IMG/VR virus record: IMGVR_UViG_3300033120_001068
Span: 25,023-89,022 of that record
Direction: 5' to 3' (one strand)
Length of the DNA: 64,000 nt
Origin: a virus
Lineage: Duplodnaviria > Caudoviricetes
Shown: piece after piece, positions 1 through 10,157 of the stretch
Layout of the letters: each line of letters starts with the position of its first letter
Numbering within the stretch: the stretch's first letter is position 1
Program-made: the position numbers and the translations under genes
Notes under the pieces: model-generated
What the model was told of the DNA's origin: nothing
The model's input: only the letters and a program-made list of their open reading frames with translations
The model's database searches: none

Positions 1-2
1 GA

Positions 3-1487
3 AAAAATTCTATTTATGAATTTACAAGATTAGACGATTTTAAGTCACATATTAAAGGTGGACTTTTATGGTTGTTATCAGAAGCCTTATTTTTACCAGG
101 AGGTAGTGGTAGAGGAATTTCTGGTTGTTCCAAGTTGTATTATGTAAAAGCAGCAACCACAACTTCATCAGAAGTAGAGTTTGTTTTAGAAAATGGTTCT
201 TTTACTATTCAACCATTAGATGAGGGTACAGGAGCAAATGGTGTCTTAACATCTGGAAACTTATCAAAAGGGTATGCAATAAAATTAGTAAAAGGAAAGA
301 AAGATCCTTCAAAGTATAAACTTGAATTTTATTTAGGTACTTATAAAGGAGATGATATAGAAAATTCTTACAAACCATTAGATGGAATTTCTCCTGAAAA
401 AGCAATTCCAAGAAATGTATTAAGTTCCCCTGAATTTTCTTATATTTCCCAACTTGTAAACTGGATGGAAACTGACTATACTTTTTTGAGTTGGTTTAAA
501 CTTAAAAATGGTGCTTCTTATGAAAGTGGAGGTTTAGGATTAATTAACTTAACAGGAGGAGAAATAAAACCTGGTGACTTAACTTCTTATCCTGACTTCA
601 ATCTTGCAGTAGGTGGTACTGAAAATTATGGTTCTATTGATTTTGATACAGTTCTTCCTTTCTTGAAAGATCTTGATAATTCTTTTTATATCTCAACTGA
701 TTCTGGAGCTAATGGTAACAGTGTTGAGAATGGTAAGTTGTTAGACTTGTGTAAAAATGGTAAGTTTGAAAGATTCTTATACATTGCAGGAGGTTCTAAT
801 AAAACTGAATTTAAAGGAAGTTCTCTAAGTCAGTCAGAAGGGTTGGTGAAAGAATTAAACTCAGATATTGCAACTGTTGTCCATGGTGGAGTTTTAAAAA
901 GTAGAAGAGGGTTGCCAGTAATAAGGCAATACAATTCAATGTATAAAACTTTCTTGATTTGTGGAAGAGAAGCAGGGTTACCTCCACAAGTTCCTTTAAC
1001 TTTTAAATGGTTAGATATAGATGGTGAAACTCAACTACTTTCAGAGGAAGATCAAGAATTTTGCTTAGATAATGGTATAATGTACTCCTACTATGATACT
1101 GAGTTAAGTAGAATAGTTTGTGGTCAAGGAATAAACACTTTACAAGAAAATTCAAATTTAGTAAACCCTGATTCTACTTCTTTCTCAAAAGCATTAAAAA
1201 GAATCTGTTCTCAATTGAATAAAGAAATAATTTTCAACTGTAAAAGGGATTTATTTGCAACTGAGCAAGGACCAAATAGAAATACTATTTCTGAAATTGA
1301 TATTAAAACCTGGTTAGATGGATTCTTATCTACAAAAATTGCAACTTCAAAACAAGACAATTTAATTTTAAGATTTTCAAATATAAATGTAGAAACTACT
1401 CAAGATAATTACCATATTACTTATGAGTTTGTCCCTAATTTTGAAGTATCAAAAGCATTATTTACTGGATTTATCCTTGAAAAATAA
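3..1487 (+). CDS. Tail sheath protein (5'-truncated by the window)
   Basis: The frame stays open from base 3, upstream of the ORF caller's TTG at 72. The C-terminus (GQGINTLQ...ICSQLNKEI...YHITYEFVPN) fits a sheath fold and lies directly before the tube gene. Confidence 0.85.
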   Translation, partial: KNSIYEFTRLDDFKSHIKGGLLWLLSEALFLPGGSGRGISGCSKLYYVKAATTTSSEVEFVLENGSFTIQPLDEGTGANGVLTSGNLSKGYAIKLVKGKKDPSKYKLEFYLGTYKGDDIENSYKPLDGISPEKAIPRNVLSSPEFSYISQLVNWMETDYTFLSWFKLKNGASYESGGLGLINLTGGEIKPGDLTSYPDFNLAVGGTENYGSIDFDTVLPFLKDLDNSFYISTDSGANGNSVENGKLLDLCKNGKFERFLYIAGGSNKTEFKGSSLSQSEGLVKELNSDIATVVHGGVLKSRRGLPVIRQYNSMYKTFLICGREAGLPPQVPLTFKWLDIDGETQLLSEEDQEFCLDNGIMYSYYDTELSRIVCGQGINTLQENSNLVNPDSTSFSKALKRICSQLNKEIIFNCKRDLFATEQGPNRNTISEIDIKTWLDGFLSTKIATSKQDNLILRFSNINVETTQDNYHITYEFVPNFEVSKALFTGFILEK

Positions 1488-1492
1488 ACAAA

Positions 1493-2005
1493 ATGAGTGA
1501 AAAAGTACTTACAGGAGCCATTGCCTTGATTAAAAGTAAAGGTAAGGTTATAGGCAGGATGAAATCTGTTAGAATTCAAGAACAAATAAGAAGACAACCA
1601 GTTAGAGGAATTGGTACTATTCTTCCTTCTGAACAAGCAGCAACTGAGTGGGATGGAACTTTAAGTTGTGAATTTATGGAAATTAAATTTACAGGAGAAA
1701 ATGCAACTGGAATTCCACAAGGAATAAGAAGAAAATTTTCCTCAGCAGGTTCTCAAGTTTTTCAAGGTCTTGAATCTTTTGAAGACCAGATAGTACTGGA
1801 TAGTGATATTGGAGTACAGGTTGATATTTACAAAAAAGTTAGAGATGTTATTAATCCTGATGGAACTATAATTCCAAAAGCAGTTCCTCATGCAATAGTA
1901 AAACGTTGCTTGATTGAATCTGACTCTCTTGATATTTCAGAAGGTTCAATTGCTGGTCACTCACAATCCTTCAAGTACTTAGATCCAATATTAGAAACTC
2001 CATAA
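1493..2005 (+). CDS. Tail tube protein, SPO1/Twort-like
   Basis: VLTGAIALIK..GKVIGRMKSVR...PVRGIGTILPSE...WDGTLSCE resembles herellevirus-type tube proteins; position after sheath. Confidence 0.8.
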   Translation: MSEKVLTGAIALIKSKGKVIGRMKSVRIQEQIRRQPVRGIGTILPSEQAATEWDGTLSCEFMEIKFTGENATGIPQGIRRKFSSAGSQVFQGLESFEDQIVLDSDIGVQVDIYKKVRDVINPDGTIIPKAVPHAIVKRCLIESDSLDISEGSIAGHSQSFKYLDPILETP

Positions 2006-2030
2006 GAAATAATAAAACATTAGATAATTA

Positions 2031-2065
2031 AAGGCCACTTGTTTAAAAGGTGGCCTTTTGTTTTT
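2031..2065 (+). terminator. Intrinsic terminator after the tail tube gene
   Basis: Stem AAGGCCAC/GTGGCCTT followed by TTGTTTTT. Confidence 0.8.
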
Positions 2066-2087
2066 ACAATAAAAAACTTTAACTTTA
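2057..2087 (+). promoter_or_regulatory. Bacteroidota sigma70-like promoter
   Basis: TTTG (2057-2060), a 19 nt spacer, then TAACTTTA (2080-2087); host consensus is TTTG-N19-21-TAnnTTTG. Confidence 0.45.
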
Positions 2088-2105
2088 AAAATATAAACAA
2101 GAACC

Positions 2106-2468
2106 ATGAATCGTACAACAAAAATAGTATTTAGAGAAAAAGAATATGAAATTACTTTTCCTAATAATAGACAATATATTGAGATCCATTCATTAAAATC
2201 TAAACTTTCACCAAGATACCAAGAATTAGGATATAGTGGGATAGAGTCTGGATATGCTCAACAACTGGTTGATACTATTTCTCACTTTAAAATTCTTTGT
2301 CCTGACTTAGAAAAAACCATAAATGTTCCAATGAATGACCTTTCTTTAGAAGATGGATTAGAATTGGTTGGAATTTATACTAAACAATTTAGACCTTGGT
2401 ATGATGATTTACTTTCTTTTATATTTAAACCAAAGGTTGAAGATGTAAAAGAAAAAAATAATGAATAG
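2106..2468 (+). CDS. Tail assembly chaperone
   Basis: Small ORF between the tube and tape measure genes. Confidence 0.6.
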   Translation: MNRTTKIVFREKEYEITFPNNRQYIEIHSLKSKLSPRYQELGYSGIESGYAQQLVDTISHFKILCPDLEKTINVPMNDLSLEDGLELVGIYTKQFRPWYDDLLSFIFKPKVEDVKEKNNE

Positions 2469-2775
2469 ACAAAAGGAGTCAAGAGATTTCTTGTTAAGTT
2501 GGAATTATATGTTCCCATTTGACAGATTATGGAGAAAAAGATATAACATTTCATTTCTTTCAAAAGAACATCTTGATTCTTGTCAAATTGATATAACTTT
2601 AGAATTTCTTGAAGAAACTCTCTTTACCACAATTAAGGAAGAATCAATTGAAAGAAATAAAAATAAAACATCTTATGCAAAAGGAATTTTATTTAAGGAA
2701 GAATCAATTGAAAAAGATGAAAAAGAAAATGAAGATGCTTTCTTTAACTTAGATATAGATAAATTTAATGAGTAA
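2461..2775 (+). CDS. Second tail assembly chaperone-like ORF
   Basis: Overlaps the previous ORF and precedes the tape measure gene. Confidence 0.5.
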   Translation: MNRQKESRDFLLSWNYMFPFDRLWRKRYNISFLSKEHLDSCQIDITLEFLEETLFTTIKEESIERNKNKTSYAKGILFKEESIEKDEKENEDAFFNLDIDKFNE

Positions 2776-4810
2776 TCAAACTGTAAGTTTTAATGTTCAA
2801 GGCAGTAATGTCCTTTCTTATATGGATTCTGTAAGAGAGAGGTCAACTAATATGGCTAATCAATTTATAAGAGATTCTCAAAGACAAGGACAAACTGGAA
2901 AAGACCAATTAAAAGCAGTAGAAGAAAGAATAAAGGCTCTTGAGAGAGAAAGACTTTTAACTAGAAGGATTGCAGAGGAGTCAATTAGACAGGAGGCAAG
3001 AAACAGAATACAGTCTGTAAATTCAAGTTTAGATGCTAGGGCAGCTTTAAATGCTGAAAATAGAACTAATGGAAACATAACTCCTCAGCAATATAGGGAG
3101 GAGGAGGCAAGGATAGCACAGTCAAGAAACTTTCTAGATCCTGAAACAATTCTTAGAGATGCAGAAGATAGAGTTAGTGAACATAGAGAAGGAGAGAGGG
3201 ATGATAATCTTGTCTTGCAACAACTTAGATTAATTTTAGAAGGCATTAGAACAGGTTCTCAAGGTCAGATAGGAGCAATTATAAGTGGAAATGAAACTCT
3301 TGAGAACCTTCAAACAGAAAATATAGATGAACTTACTGATTTATCTAATAGAATAGTAACTGAGGGAGTTGGTGGAGAAAATCCATCTGATGAAGAAAAA
3401 AGACCTTCTCCTGCTCTTGCTAACATGATGTCAGTTGCTAATGGAATTTTAGTTGATAGATTAGGTTCTATGGTTTCAAGTATGCCAGGAGCAAAGAATG
3501 AACTTGAATATATCAAGCCTATGATGTCTATAATGGGAGCTTCAATTGCAGGAGTTTTAGGTAGTTTAGGTGATATGGTTTTAGGGGCCTCAGGAGCAGG
3601 ATTTGGTTTAGGTAACAGTTCTCTTGGAGTTCTTGGTATTCAGGCAGGAGGCAAATTAGGAGAATTTGCAGGGTCAGCCTTAGAAAGAACTTATAAAACA
3701 AGGGAAGATTTAACAATATCAAACTTGGCTTTAAAAGCAATGACTGGTGGATTAGGGTCAGTTGACAATAACAATGGACCTCTTGGTGGAAAAGGGTATA
3801 TTTCAGGATTAGGACAAGATTATTCACATTTAGGAAAGAGTTTTAATGAGATTTCTCAATTACAATATAATATAGCAAGTAGGAAAGGAAGTAGTAGTGG
3901 ATTAGGAAATTCTACAAGAGATGTTTTAGGGTTAGAAAAAGGGTATGGAGTAAAAGAAGAAACAAGTTTGTCTTTACTTGAATTACTTAGACACAATAAA
4001 AAGGGAGATAAAGATTTAGGGAATATAGTCAGTGGTGTTCTTGAAAAAGGAATAACTACAATGTTTAAGAATGATAGAACCTACTTAAATGAATTTTTAA
4101 CTAAAAACTATACTCAATTACAAAAAACTTTATTGAATACTCAATCCTCAGTTGCCTCAGGAACTGTTTATGATATTTTGAGTAAATTTAATGCAGTTGG
4201 AGGACAATTTGACGTAAAAGATAGTAGGTCAGGAGGCTTAATTAACTCAGTACAATCTTCTTTAGCTAACCCAAGCTCAGACACTATGAAGGCTTTATCT
4301 TTTCATTTAATGAAAAAAGAATATCCTGATATGAATCTTGCCGATATTGGAATAGAAACACAAAAAGGTCTTGGTTCAGAAAAGTATTTTGGTTCAGTGA
4401 TGAAATATTTAAGTGAGTTGGGAGGGGATGATTCTTATCAGACTTATAATGTAGCATCTGCTTTTGGTTTACAAGGTAACCTTTCAGCAGCAAGGGAACT
4501 TTTAACTGGATATAGAAATGGAACTTTTAATGGAGGAATGGACCAAAGTAATCTTTTAGGTTCAGGGTCACCAATGGGACTTGCAGAACAACAAACTTCT
4601 TATTATCAAAAATCAACTGCAGAAATAGAAAATGCTTTTATTGAAGGAGCAATAGACGGGATAAATGAAGTTAAAGGAAAAATGACTAACCTATTTGGGG
4701 TTATGATAGATGAGTTGGAAGAGTTTGTTAGATCAGAGATTAAAAAACTTATTTCTGGTGGAAAAAAACAATTGGTAGACAATACAACTAACATTCCTGG
4801 AAGAAAATAA
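2768..4810 (+). CDS. Tape measure protein
   Basis: 680 aa with a helical N-terminus and a Gly/Ala/Leu-rich middle; canonical synteny. Confidence 0.75.
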   Translation: MSNQTVSFNVQGSNVLSYMDSVRERSTNMANQFIRDSQRQGQTGKDQLKAVEERIKALERERLLTRRIAEESIRQEARNRIQSVNSSLDARAALNAENRTNGNITPQQYREEEARIAQSRNFLDPETILRDAEDRVSEHREGERDDNLVLQQLRLILEGIRTGSQGQIGAIISGNETLENLQTENIDELTDLSNRIVTEGVGGENPSDEEKRPSPALANMMSVANGILVDRLGSMVSSMPGAKNELEYIKPMMSIMGASIAGVLGSLGDMVLGASGAGFGLGNSSLGVLGIQAGGKLGEFAGSALERTYKTREDLTISNLALKAMTGGLGSVDNNNGPLGGKGYISGLGQDYSHLGKSFNEISQLQYNIASRKGSSSGLGNSTRDVLGLEKGYGVKEETSLSLLELLRHNKKGDKDLGNIVSGVLEKGITTMFKNDRTYLNEFLTKNYTQLQKTLLNTQSSVASGTVYDILSKFNAVGGQFDVKDSRSGGLINSVQSSLANPSSDTMKALSFHLMKKEYPDMNLADIGIETQKGLGSEKYFGSVMKYLSELGGDDSYQTYNVASAFGLQGNLSAARELLTGYRNGTFNGGMDQSNLLGSGSPMGLAEQQTSYYQKSTAEIENAFIEGAIDGINEVKGKMTNLFGVMIDELEEFVRSEIKKLISGGKKQLVDNTTNIPGRK

Positions 4811-4820
4811 AAACAAATAT

Positions 4821-7688
4821 ATGTCAAATTATGAAGTAACTGTCTGTTCACCAGAAATAAAAACATTAGGGGAATATACAAGCCTTCTTGAATCCCCTGC
4901 TTTTCAATTTCAAGGTAAGGAAGAGGAGTTTTTAAAAGTTGAAGATGAAGAAGGTAATTCTAATAAAAATTTAATTTACTTGCAATATAATGACTGGGAA
5001 TTAGAAGAAAATAAAGACAAAACTGCCTCAAAACTTCTTTTAAAAACAGGAACTAAACTTCTAATACCAACCTCAAAAATTAATACAGTAGCAACTCTTA
5101 CAGATGGTATTGAAGTAGTTTCAAGTAATTTTAAAGCATTTAAAGCCTCCAATCTTGTAAAACTTCAATCAGATACAAAATATGTTCAAAAGCATAAACC
5201 AATAAATGGAGAATTTACAGGAGTAAGTAAAGATTATTACCCTTATTTGAGTATTCAGATATGGTGTAAATCATTAAGTATAACTGATAAGTTAGAAGGA
5301 GGCTTACTTGATGTAACTCCTTTTATAGTAGCTTGCAATACAACAGTAGGCAAGAATGGGGGACAGTTCAACTTACAATTCCCTCCCACACCATGCACTA
5401 TTTTTAAAGATGGTTCACAAAATTTTCTAGGGTGGATTTGGGAAACAAAAGAAGGAGTTGAGATGTTTGCAGGGCCTTCTGGTAAAGTAGAATATTTTTC
5501 ACAAACTGAACTCTTTGAAAGAATTAATGATACTGACTGGGTTGGCACTCCTGACTTGATAAGAACACAATTTTATTTCCATAACATTATAAAAAGTAAT
5601 GACTTAGTTTTTATAAAATTTGAGGAACTTGAATTGGAAGAAAACAGAGAAAATACTTCATTGAAAAGGAGTGTTGTTACTGATTTAGCAGGAGGAGTTT
5701 ATGATATGATAGGACTTGTAGATTCTAATCAGCAATCAGTTGACCCTAACACAATGGAGGTTACTATTACAGTTTCAGGCAGGGACTTGATAAAACTATT
5801 TATAGAAGATGGAACTTATTTCTATAACCTTGAAAACATATCAGGACAATTTAGAGTAGCAGGAGAGGCAGCAAGGGAGTCTGAGTTAATGAGAAGATTG
5901 GTTGGTGATAACACCTTATACTATCTTAACCTTTATCAAAATACAAGTATAAAGCATGTTCTGCAATTTATCATTCAACAATTATCAACCATTAGAATTG
6001 CAGATGACTCAGTATTTCAAGGCTGGGGAACTTATGGTGGAAAAGACAGGAGAAATTATCGTATTAAAAGTGAAGATAAAGGCATTGAAAAGCAAAATAG
6101 ATTACAAGAACTTGAAGGAATCAAAACAACAAGTATAACCAATTTTGATGTTTTAATTTTAAAAACTGCACCAACTTACCATACACAGAATAAAGACATC
6201 TCTTTAATAGTTTGGAATGTTTTATATAGTTTTTTAACAGGACTTAGAACACAAAAGAAAAGAAAAGAAGGAAATCTTGGTTCAAAAACTGAAACTTTAG
6301 GATGGTCAGAATATGTCTTGTCTTATTCTTCTCCTTTTAATACAACTGAAAATTTAGATGAAAATGAGATACCTTATTTACTAACAATGTTAAATTTAGG
6401 AGAAGGAATCTATTCAAAAGTTGCAAACCCTGAAATATCTTCAATGTTAGGGATGGTGGATGAGTATATAGATTTTGAAAATTCAATAAAAGACAATCCT
6501 CAACAAACTTTCTCAACAGGATTGGCAAAAGGAGTTTGGCAAATAGTTAAACTTGTTATAGATGAAGGAATTACAGGAAGAAGAATTGTAGATAGTTCTA
6601 TGTCTTCTGCTAATGGTTCTTTGTTGAATTTTATAAGAAAAGTTTGCCAAGAGCCTTTTGTAGAATTTTTAACTGATACTTATGGTGACCAATTTTTTCT
6701 AATTGCAAGAAAGCCCCCTTTTGATAGAAAAAGTATAAAATCAATTTTATTAGGAGAAGTAACTTTTGATATGGATCTTGAAAGTAAAAAAACTATATAT
6801 AATGTTGAAGAAGCAGAGTCTTATATAAAAGCAACTATTATAGATGTAGAAATTGAAGATGTTCTAAAAGAAGATTTACAAATGAATGATGGAGAAGTTT
6901 ATTCTTGGTATAAGTTTGCTCCTCAGAATGTTTATGCAGGTGGAGGAAATATATTGCCTACTTCTTACACTCCTGCTTTGTTTTTTGAAGATTATGCTAA
7001 AATCTGGGGAAGTAAACCTCTTGAACTTGTCCATAATTATAATCCTTACTACCCATTGGTGAATGAGGAAGGAGTTCCTGATGTAGCAAGATTTGAAACT
7101 CAAGCAATTGAGGATTTAAAATATGTTGTAGAATGTAATTCTTATTTGCCTTTTACAAGAAAAGGTCAATTGACTATAAATGGAGATAGAAGAATAAAAA
7201 GAGGGGATTTTATTAGATATAAATCAACCGGGGAGATTTTTTATGTAGATCTTGTAACTCAATCTCACAGTATTTCAGATTCTTCAATTGACAGAATTAC
7301 TACTTTACAAGTATCAAGAGGGATGGTAGAGATTTATATTTATGGGGGAGAAGTGGTTTTTGATAAAGATGGAAAAGGTTGGTATCCTTCTTATTTTGAT
7401 ATAATAAATACAAATATTGAGATTCAGACAAGACAATATGGTGAAAAAGAAATTGAAAAAGAAGAACTTATAACTAACCCTGATGGAACTCAAACTAAAA
7501 GAAAATATAAGGAAAAAGTTCCTCAATATATTGGTTTAGATTTAGAAAAGTCTTTGGGAGTTATAAAAGTAAATAAACCTATTTTTGACTTTTTTGTGAA
7601 AGGGTTACAATTTGAAGCAAGTTTACTTAAAGAAAATCCAAATGGTTTTACTTTACCAGTTATAAATATGAATATTTCTAAAAAATAA
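4821..7688 (+). CDS. Baseplate hub / central tail protein
   Basis: 955 aa after the tape measure gene; VSGRDLIKLFIED and FLIARKPPFD segments and a C-terminal RGDFIRY...FYV segment typical of hub proteins. Confidence 0.6.
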   Translation: MSNYEVTVCSPEIKTLGEYTSLLESPAFQFQGKEEEFLKVEDEEGNSNKNLIYLQYNDWELEENKDKTASKLLLKTGTKLLIPTSKINTVATLTDGIEVVSSNFKAFKASNLVKLQSDTKYVQKHKPINGEFTGVSKDYYPYLSIQIWCKSLSITDKLEGGLLDVTPFIVACNTTVGKNGGQFNLQFPPTPCTIFKDGSQNFLGWIWETKEGVEMFAGPSGKVEYFSQTELFERINDTDWVGTPDLIRTQFYFHNIIKSNDLVFIKFEELELEENRENTSLKRSVVTDLAGGVYDMIGLVDSNQQSVDPNTMEVTITVSGRDLIKLFIEDGTYFYNLENISGQFRVAGEAARESELMRRLVGDNTLYYLNLYQNTSIKHVLQFIIQQLSTIRIADDSVFQGWGTYGGKDRRNYRIKSEDKGIEKQNRLQELEGIKTTSITNFDVLILKTAPTYHTQNKDISLIVWNVLYSFLTGLRTQKKRKEGNLGSKTETLGWSEYVLSYSSPFNTTENLDENEIPYLLTMLNLGEGIYSKVANPEISSMLGMVDEYIDFENSIKDNPQQTFSTGLAKGVWQIVKLVIDEGITGRRIVDSSMSSANGSLLNFIRKVCQEPFVEFLTDTYGDQFFLIARKPPFDRKSIKSILLGEVTFDMDLESKKTIYNVEEAESYIKATIIDVEIEDVLKEDLQMNDGEVYSWYKFAPQNVYAGGGNILPTSYTPALFFEDYAKIWGSKPLELVHNYNPYYPLVNEEGVPDVARFETQAIEDLKYVVECNSYLPFTRKGQLTINGDRRIKRGDFIRYKSTGEIFYVDLVTQSHSISDSSIDRITTLQVSRGMVEIYIYGGEVVFDKDGKGWYPSYFDIINTNIEIQTRQYGEKEIEKEELITNPDGTQTKRKYKEKVPQYIGLDLEKSLGVIKVNKPIFDFFVKGLQFEASLLKENPNGFTLPVINMNISKK

Positions 7689-7693
7689 AACCC

Positions 7694-8500
7694 ATGTCTT
7701 TTGTACCAGGATATAATTATAGTGTAGGTGTAGGATACATTGCTATACCAGTAGACATTGATAGAGACAAGTATATAGGACTTTGTTATAAGACAAATAC
7801 TGTAAGTATTTTGTGTGATGATGGAAGTTTTTTTAACAGAATCCCAATTCCAAGTTCAATTCTTGGTTTTATTGATTTCCCTAAAAATGTAAGAGATTTT
7901 GGTACTGCTGTCTTATATGTAAATGAGCCTATTAAAAATCAACTTTTTATAGTTTCATTAGTTGAGTCACCAATAGAAATTGGAGATATGACTGAGAATC
8001 AGTTTAAGTGGAAAAGAAAATGGGGAAATAATTTAGTTGAAATTTCAGGGAGTGGAAAAGAAAAATATGTCTCAATAACTGTAGATGGTGAGGAGGGAGA
8101 AAGTAATTTTATAGTATCAGTAAAAAATAAAAGTAAGACAGGAAAGGTTTTAATTGAAACTGATGGAGAAATTAAATTATCAACCAACCAAAAATTATCT
8201 CTTGAAACCTTTAAAGAATTTATTGTATCAACACTAAGTAAAAATGAGATTCTTGCTTTATATAAGCAATCAGAAGAAGAACACTATTTTGAAGGAAAAA
8301 AGTTTAGAATAAATAAAGGAGATGAAGCAATGCTGAAAGGAAATAAAACAAAAGATTTTCTTGAAGAACTTTTAACTACAATCTCAAAAATTACGGTAAC
8401 AACCTCTCTTGGGGTGATGCCAATAATGAATCTTCAAGACTTTATTCTTTTAAAAGAGAAATTAAAACTATTATTATCTGAAAAATCTTTTTTAGAATAA
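7694..8500 (+). CDS. Baseplate spike (gpV/gp5-like)
   Basis: Beta-rich C-terminus ending EAMLKGNKTK...TTSLG, placed after the hub. Confidence 0.5.
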   Translation: MSFVPGYNYSVGVGYIAIPVDIDRDKYIGLCYKTNTVSILCDDGSFFNRIPIPSSILGFIDFPKNVRDFGTAVLYVNEPIKNQLFIVSLVESPIEIGDMTENQFKWKRKWGNNLVEISGSGKEKYVSITVDGEEGESNFIVSVKNKSKTGKVLIETDGEIKLSTNQKLSLETFKEFIVSTLSKNEILALYKQSEEEHYFEGKKFRINKGDEAMLKGNKTKDFLEELLTTISKITVTTSLGVMPIMNLQDFILLKEKLKLLLSEKSFLE

Positions 8501-8521
8501 ATTCATTAACTTTAAAGCAAG

Positions 8522-9229
8522 ATGAGTAGTATTCAAGGCGTAATTGAAGAAAGAAATAGACTTCTAAGTACTATTGGAAAAGAGACTTTAAATATAATGT
8601 TTCCAAAAGAATTTGAGTTATATGTTATGGCTTTTGAGGTGGTGGATAGTTCAAATAAAACATTAGAATATTTCTTGTTTCCAGTAATGCCAGATGAATT
8701 TTCAGAGTCTATACCTTTCATAAATAGTATAAAGAAAACTTTAGGGGGTGTTACTGCAATAAGTAATAATACCTTTGTGCCTACTGATATTACACTTTCT
8801 GGATCTTTTGGAAGGAGTTTTAAAATTTCATTAGGAGGAGTTTTACTTGACTTAATTTCTTCTTATAAATCAAATAAACTTAGATCTTTCAGTAAACTTG
8901 CTAAGACTGGATATGGATATTGTAAAGTTTTACAGTCACTTATAAATGACAGTAAATTACCAGATTCTTTAGGGAACAGTAAACTTTTAATATTTCATAA
9001 CTTAGCCTTAGGTAACTCCTATCTTGTAAAACCTTCAAACTTGACTTTTAGACAGTCTCAACAAAATAATATGATATGGAATTATAGTCTTTCACTTAAA
9101 ACCATAGCACCATTAGAATCTTTAAATAAAAAGGGTCAGATTAAAAAGAAAAACTTACTTTTGGTTATGTCTGGTTTTATTCAAAAAAGAACAACAAATT
9201 TAATTTCTAATCTAAATTCTTTATTATGA
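8522..9229 (+). CDS. Baseplate / tube-initiator-like protein
   Basis: FLFPVMP...KTLGG...DITLSGSFG motif and synteny. Confidence 0.45.
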   Translation: MSSIQGVIEERNRLLSTIGKETLNIMFPKEFELYVMAFEVVDSSNKTLEYFLFPVMPDEFSESIPFINSIKKTLGGVTAISNNTFVPTDITLSGSFGRSFKISLGGVLLDLISSYKSNKLRSFSKLAKTGYGYCKVLQSLINDSKLPDSLGNSKLLIFHNLALGNSYLVKPSNLTFRQSQQNNMIWNYSLSLKTIAPLESLNKKGQIKKKNLLLVMSGFIQKRTTNLISNLNSLL

Positions 9230-10155
9230 TTTTAAAAAAAGAAATATTAGAGGAATTTAAAAGAATTACTGGAAAAGATATCCAAAGTTTTTTAAAAGAA
9301 ACTTCTGATTTTATGAATCAGAATTACCCTTACATTTTACAATATTTTTCTGGAAAAGCAAACACTTTATCTTCAATTCATTATAAAAAATTACAACTTC
9401 AAAAGGAGAAACTGGTAATTATGTTTGAAGGGTATTACTTTAACTCTCAGCAATTAGTTGGAACAAGATGGTGGGATTTATTGCAATTATTAGAAGACAT
9501 AGATAGTCAATTCAATACTATTGATAATATTCCAAAATGGTCAAGAAGTTCTATAACAGAAATAAGTTATTCCTCAACTGTAAATCTTGACTATACTTTG
9601 AAACAAAATCAGAGTTTAGAGAAAGTTGCAGTTGAAGTTATGGATGGTTCTGGAAATGATTGGACAAAAATTGCTTTATCAAATTCTTTAAAAGAGGAAG
9701 ATTATTCTTTAACAAGTCAAAACCTTTTGAAAATAGTTGGAAATAAAGCAGTGAAACCTATAAATATCATTAGTGTAGTTGATGTAATTGATAGAAAGAA
9801 AATTTATGGTAGAGATTTAATAAAGTACATTTCCTTTGAAGATGAAGATTTGGTCAGTTTAGATTATTGGGACACTATTTTACAAACGGTGGATATCTTA
9901 TCAAACTTGAAAAGAGGAGATAATCCAATGGAACCTAATGAAGGAGTACAATCTTCAATAGTAACAGGAGGAAATAGGGCAACTTTTAACTTCCCAATTT
10001 TAACAAGGCAGATGAGTCAAGTATTTTCAAGTGATGATACTTTAAAAGACTTTCAAGTACTTTCTTTGAAGATTGAGGAAGATAATTTAAATTTAGAATA
10101 CCAAGTCTATACAAGAGTTGATGAAGTTGAGATAAATAACACAGTAAACTTTTAA
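9226..10155 (+). CDS. Baseplate wedge protein (C-terminal gp25-like region)
   Basis: Precedes the baseplate J-like gene; C-terminal ILTRQMSQVFSSDDT...LNLEYQV segment. Confidence 0.5.
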   Translation: MILKKEILEEFKRITGKDIQSFLKETSDFMNQNYPYILQYFSGKANTLSSIHYKKLQLQKEKLVIMFEGYYFNSQQLVGTRWWDLLQLLEDIDSQFNTIDNIPKWSRSSITEISYSSTVNLDYTLKQNQSLEKVAVEVMDGSGNDWTKIALSNSLKEEDYSLTSQNLLKIVGNKAVKPINIISVVDVIDRKKIYGRDLIKYISFEDEDLVSLDYWDTILQTVDILSNLKRGDNPMEPNEGVQSSIVTGGNRATFNFPILTRQMSQVFSSDDTLKDFQVLSLKIEEDNLNLEYQVYTRVDEVEINNTVNF

Positions 10156-10157
10156 AA

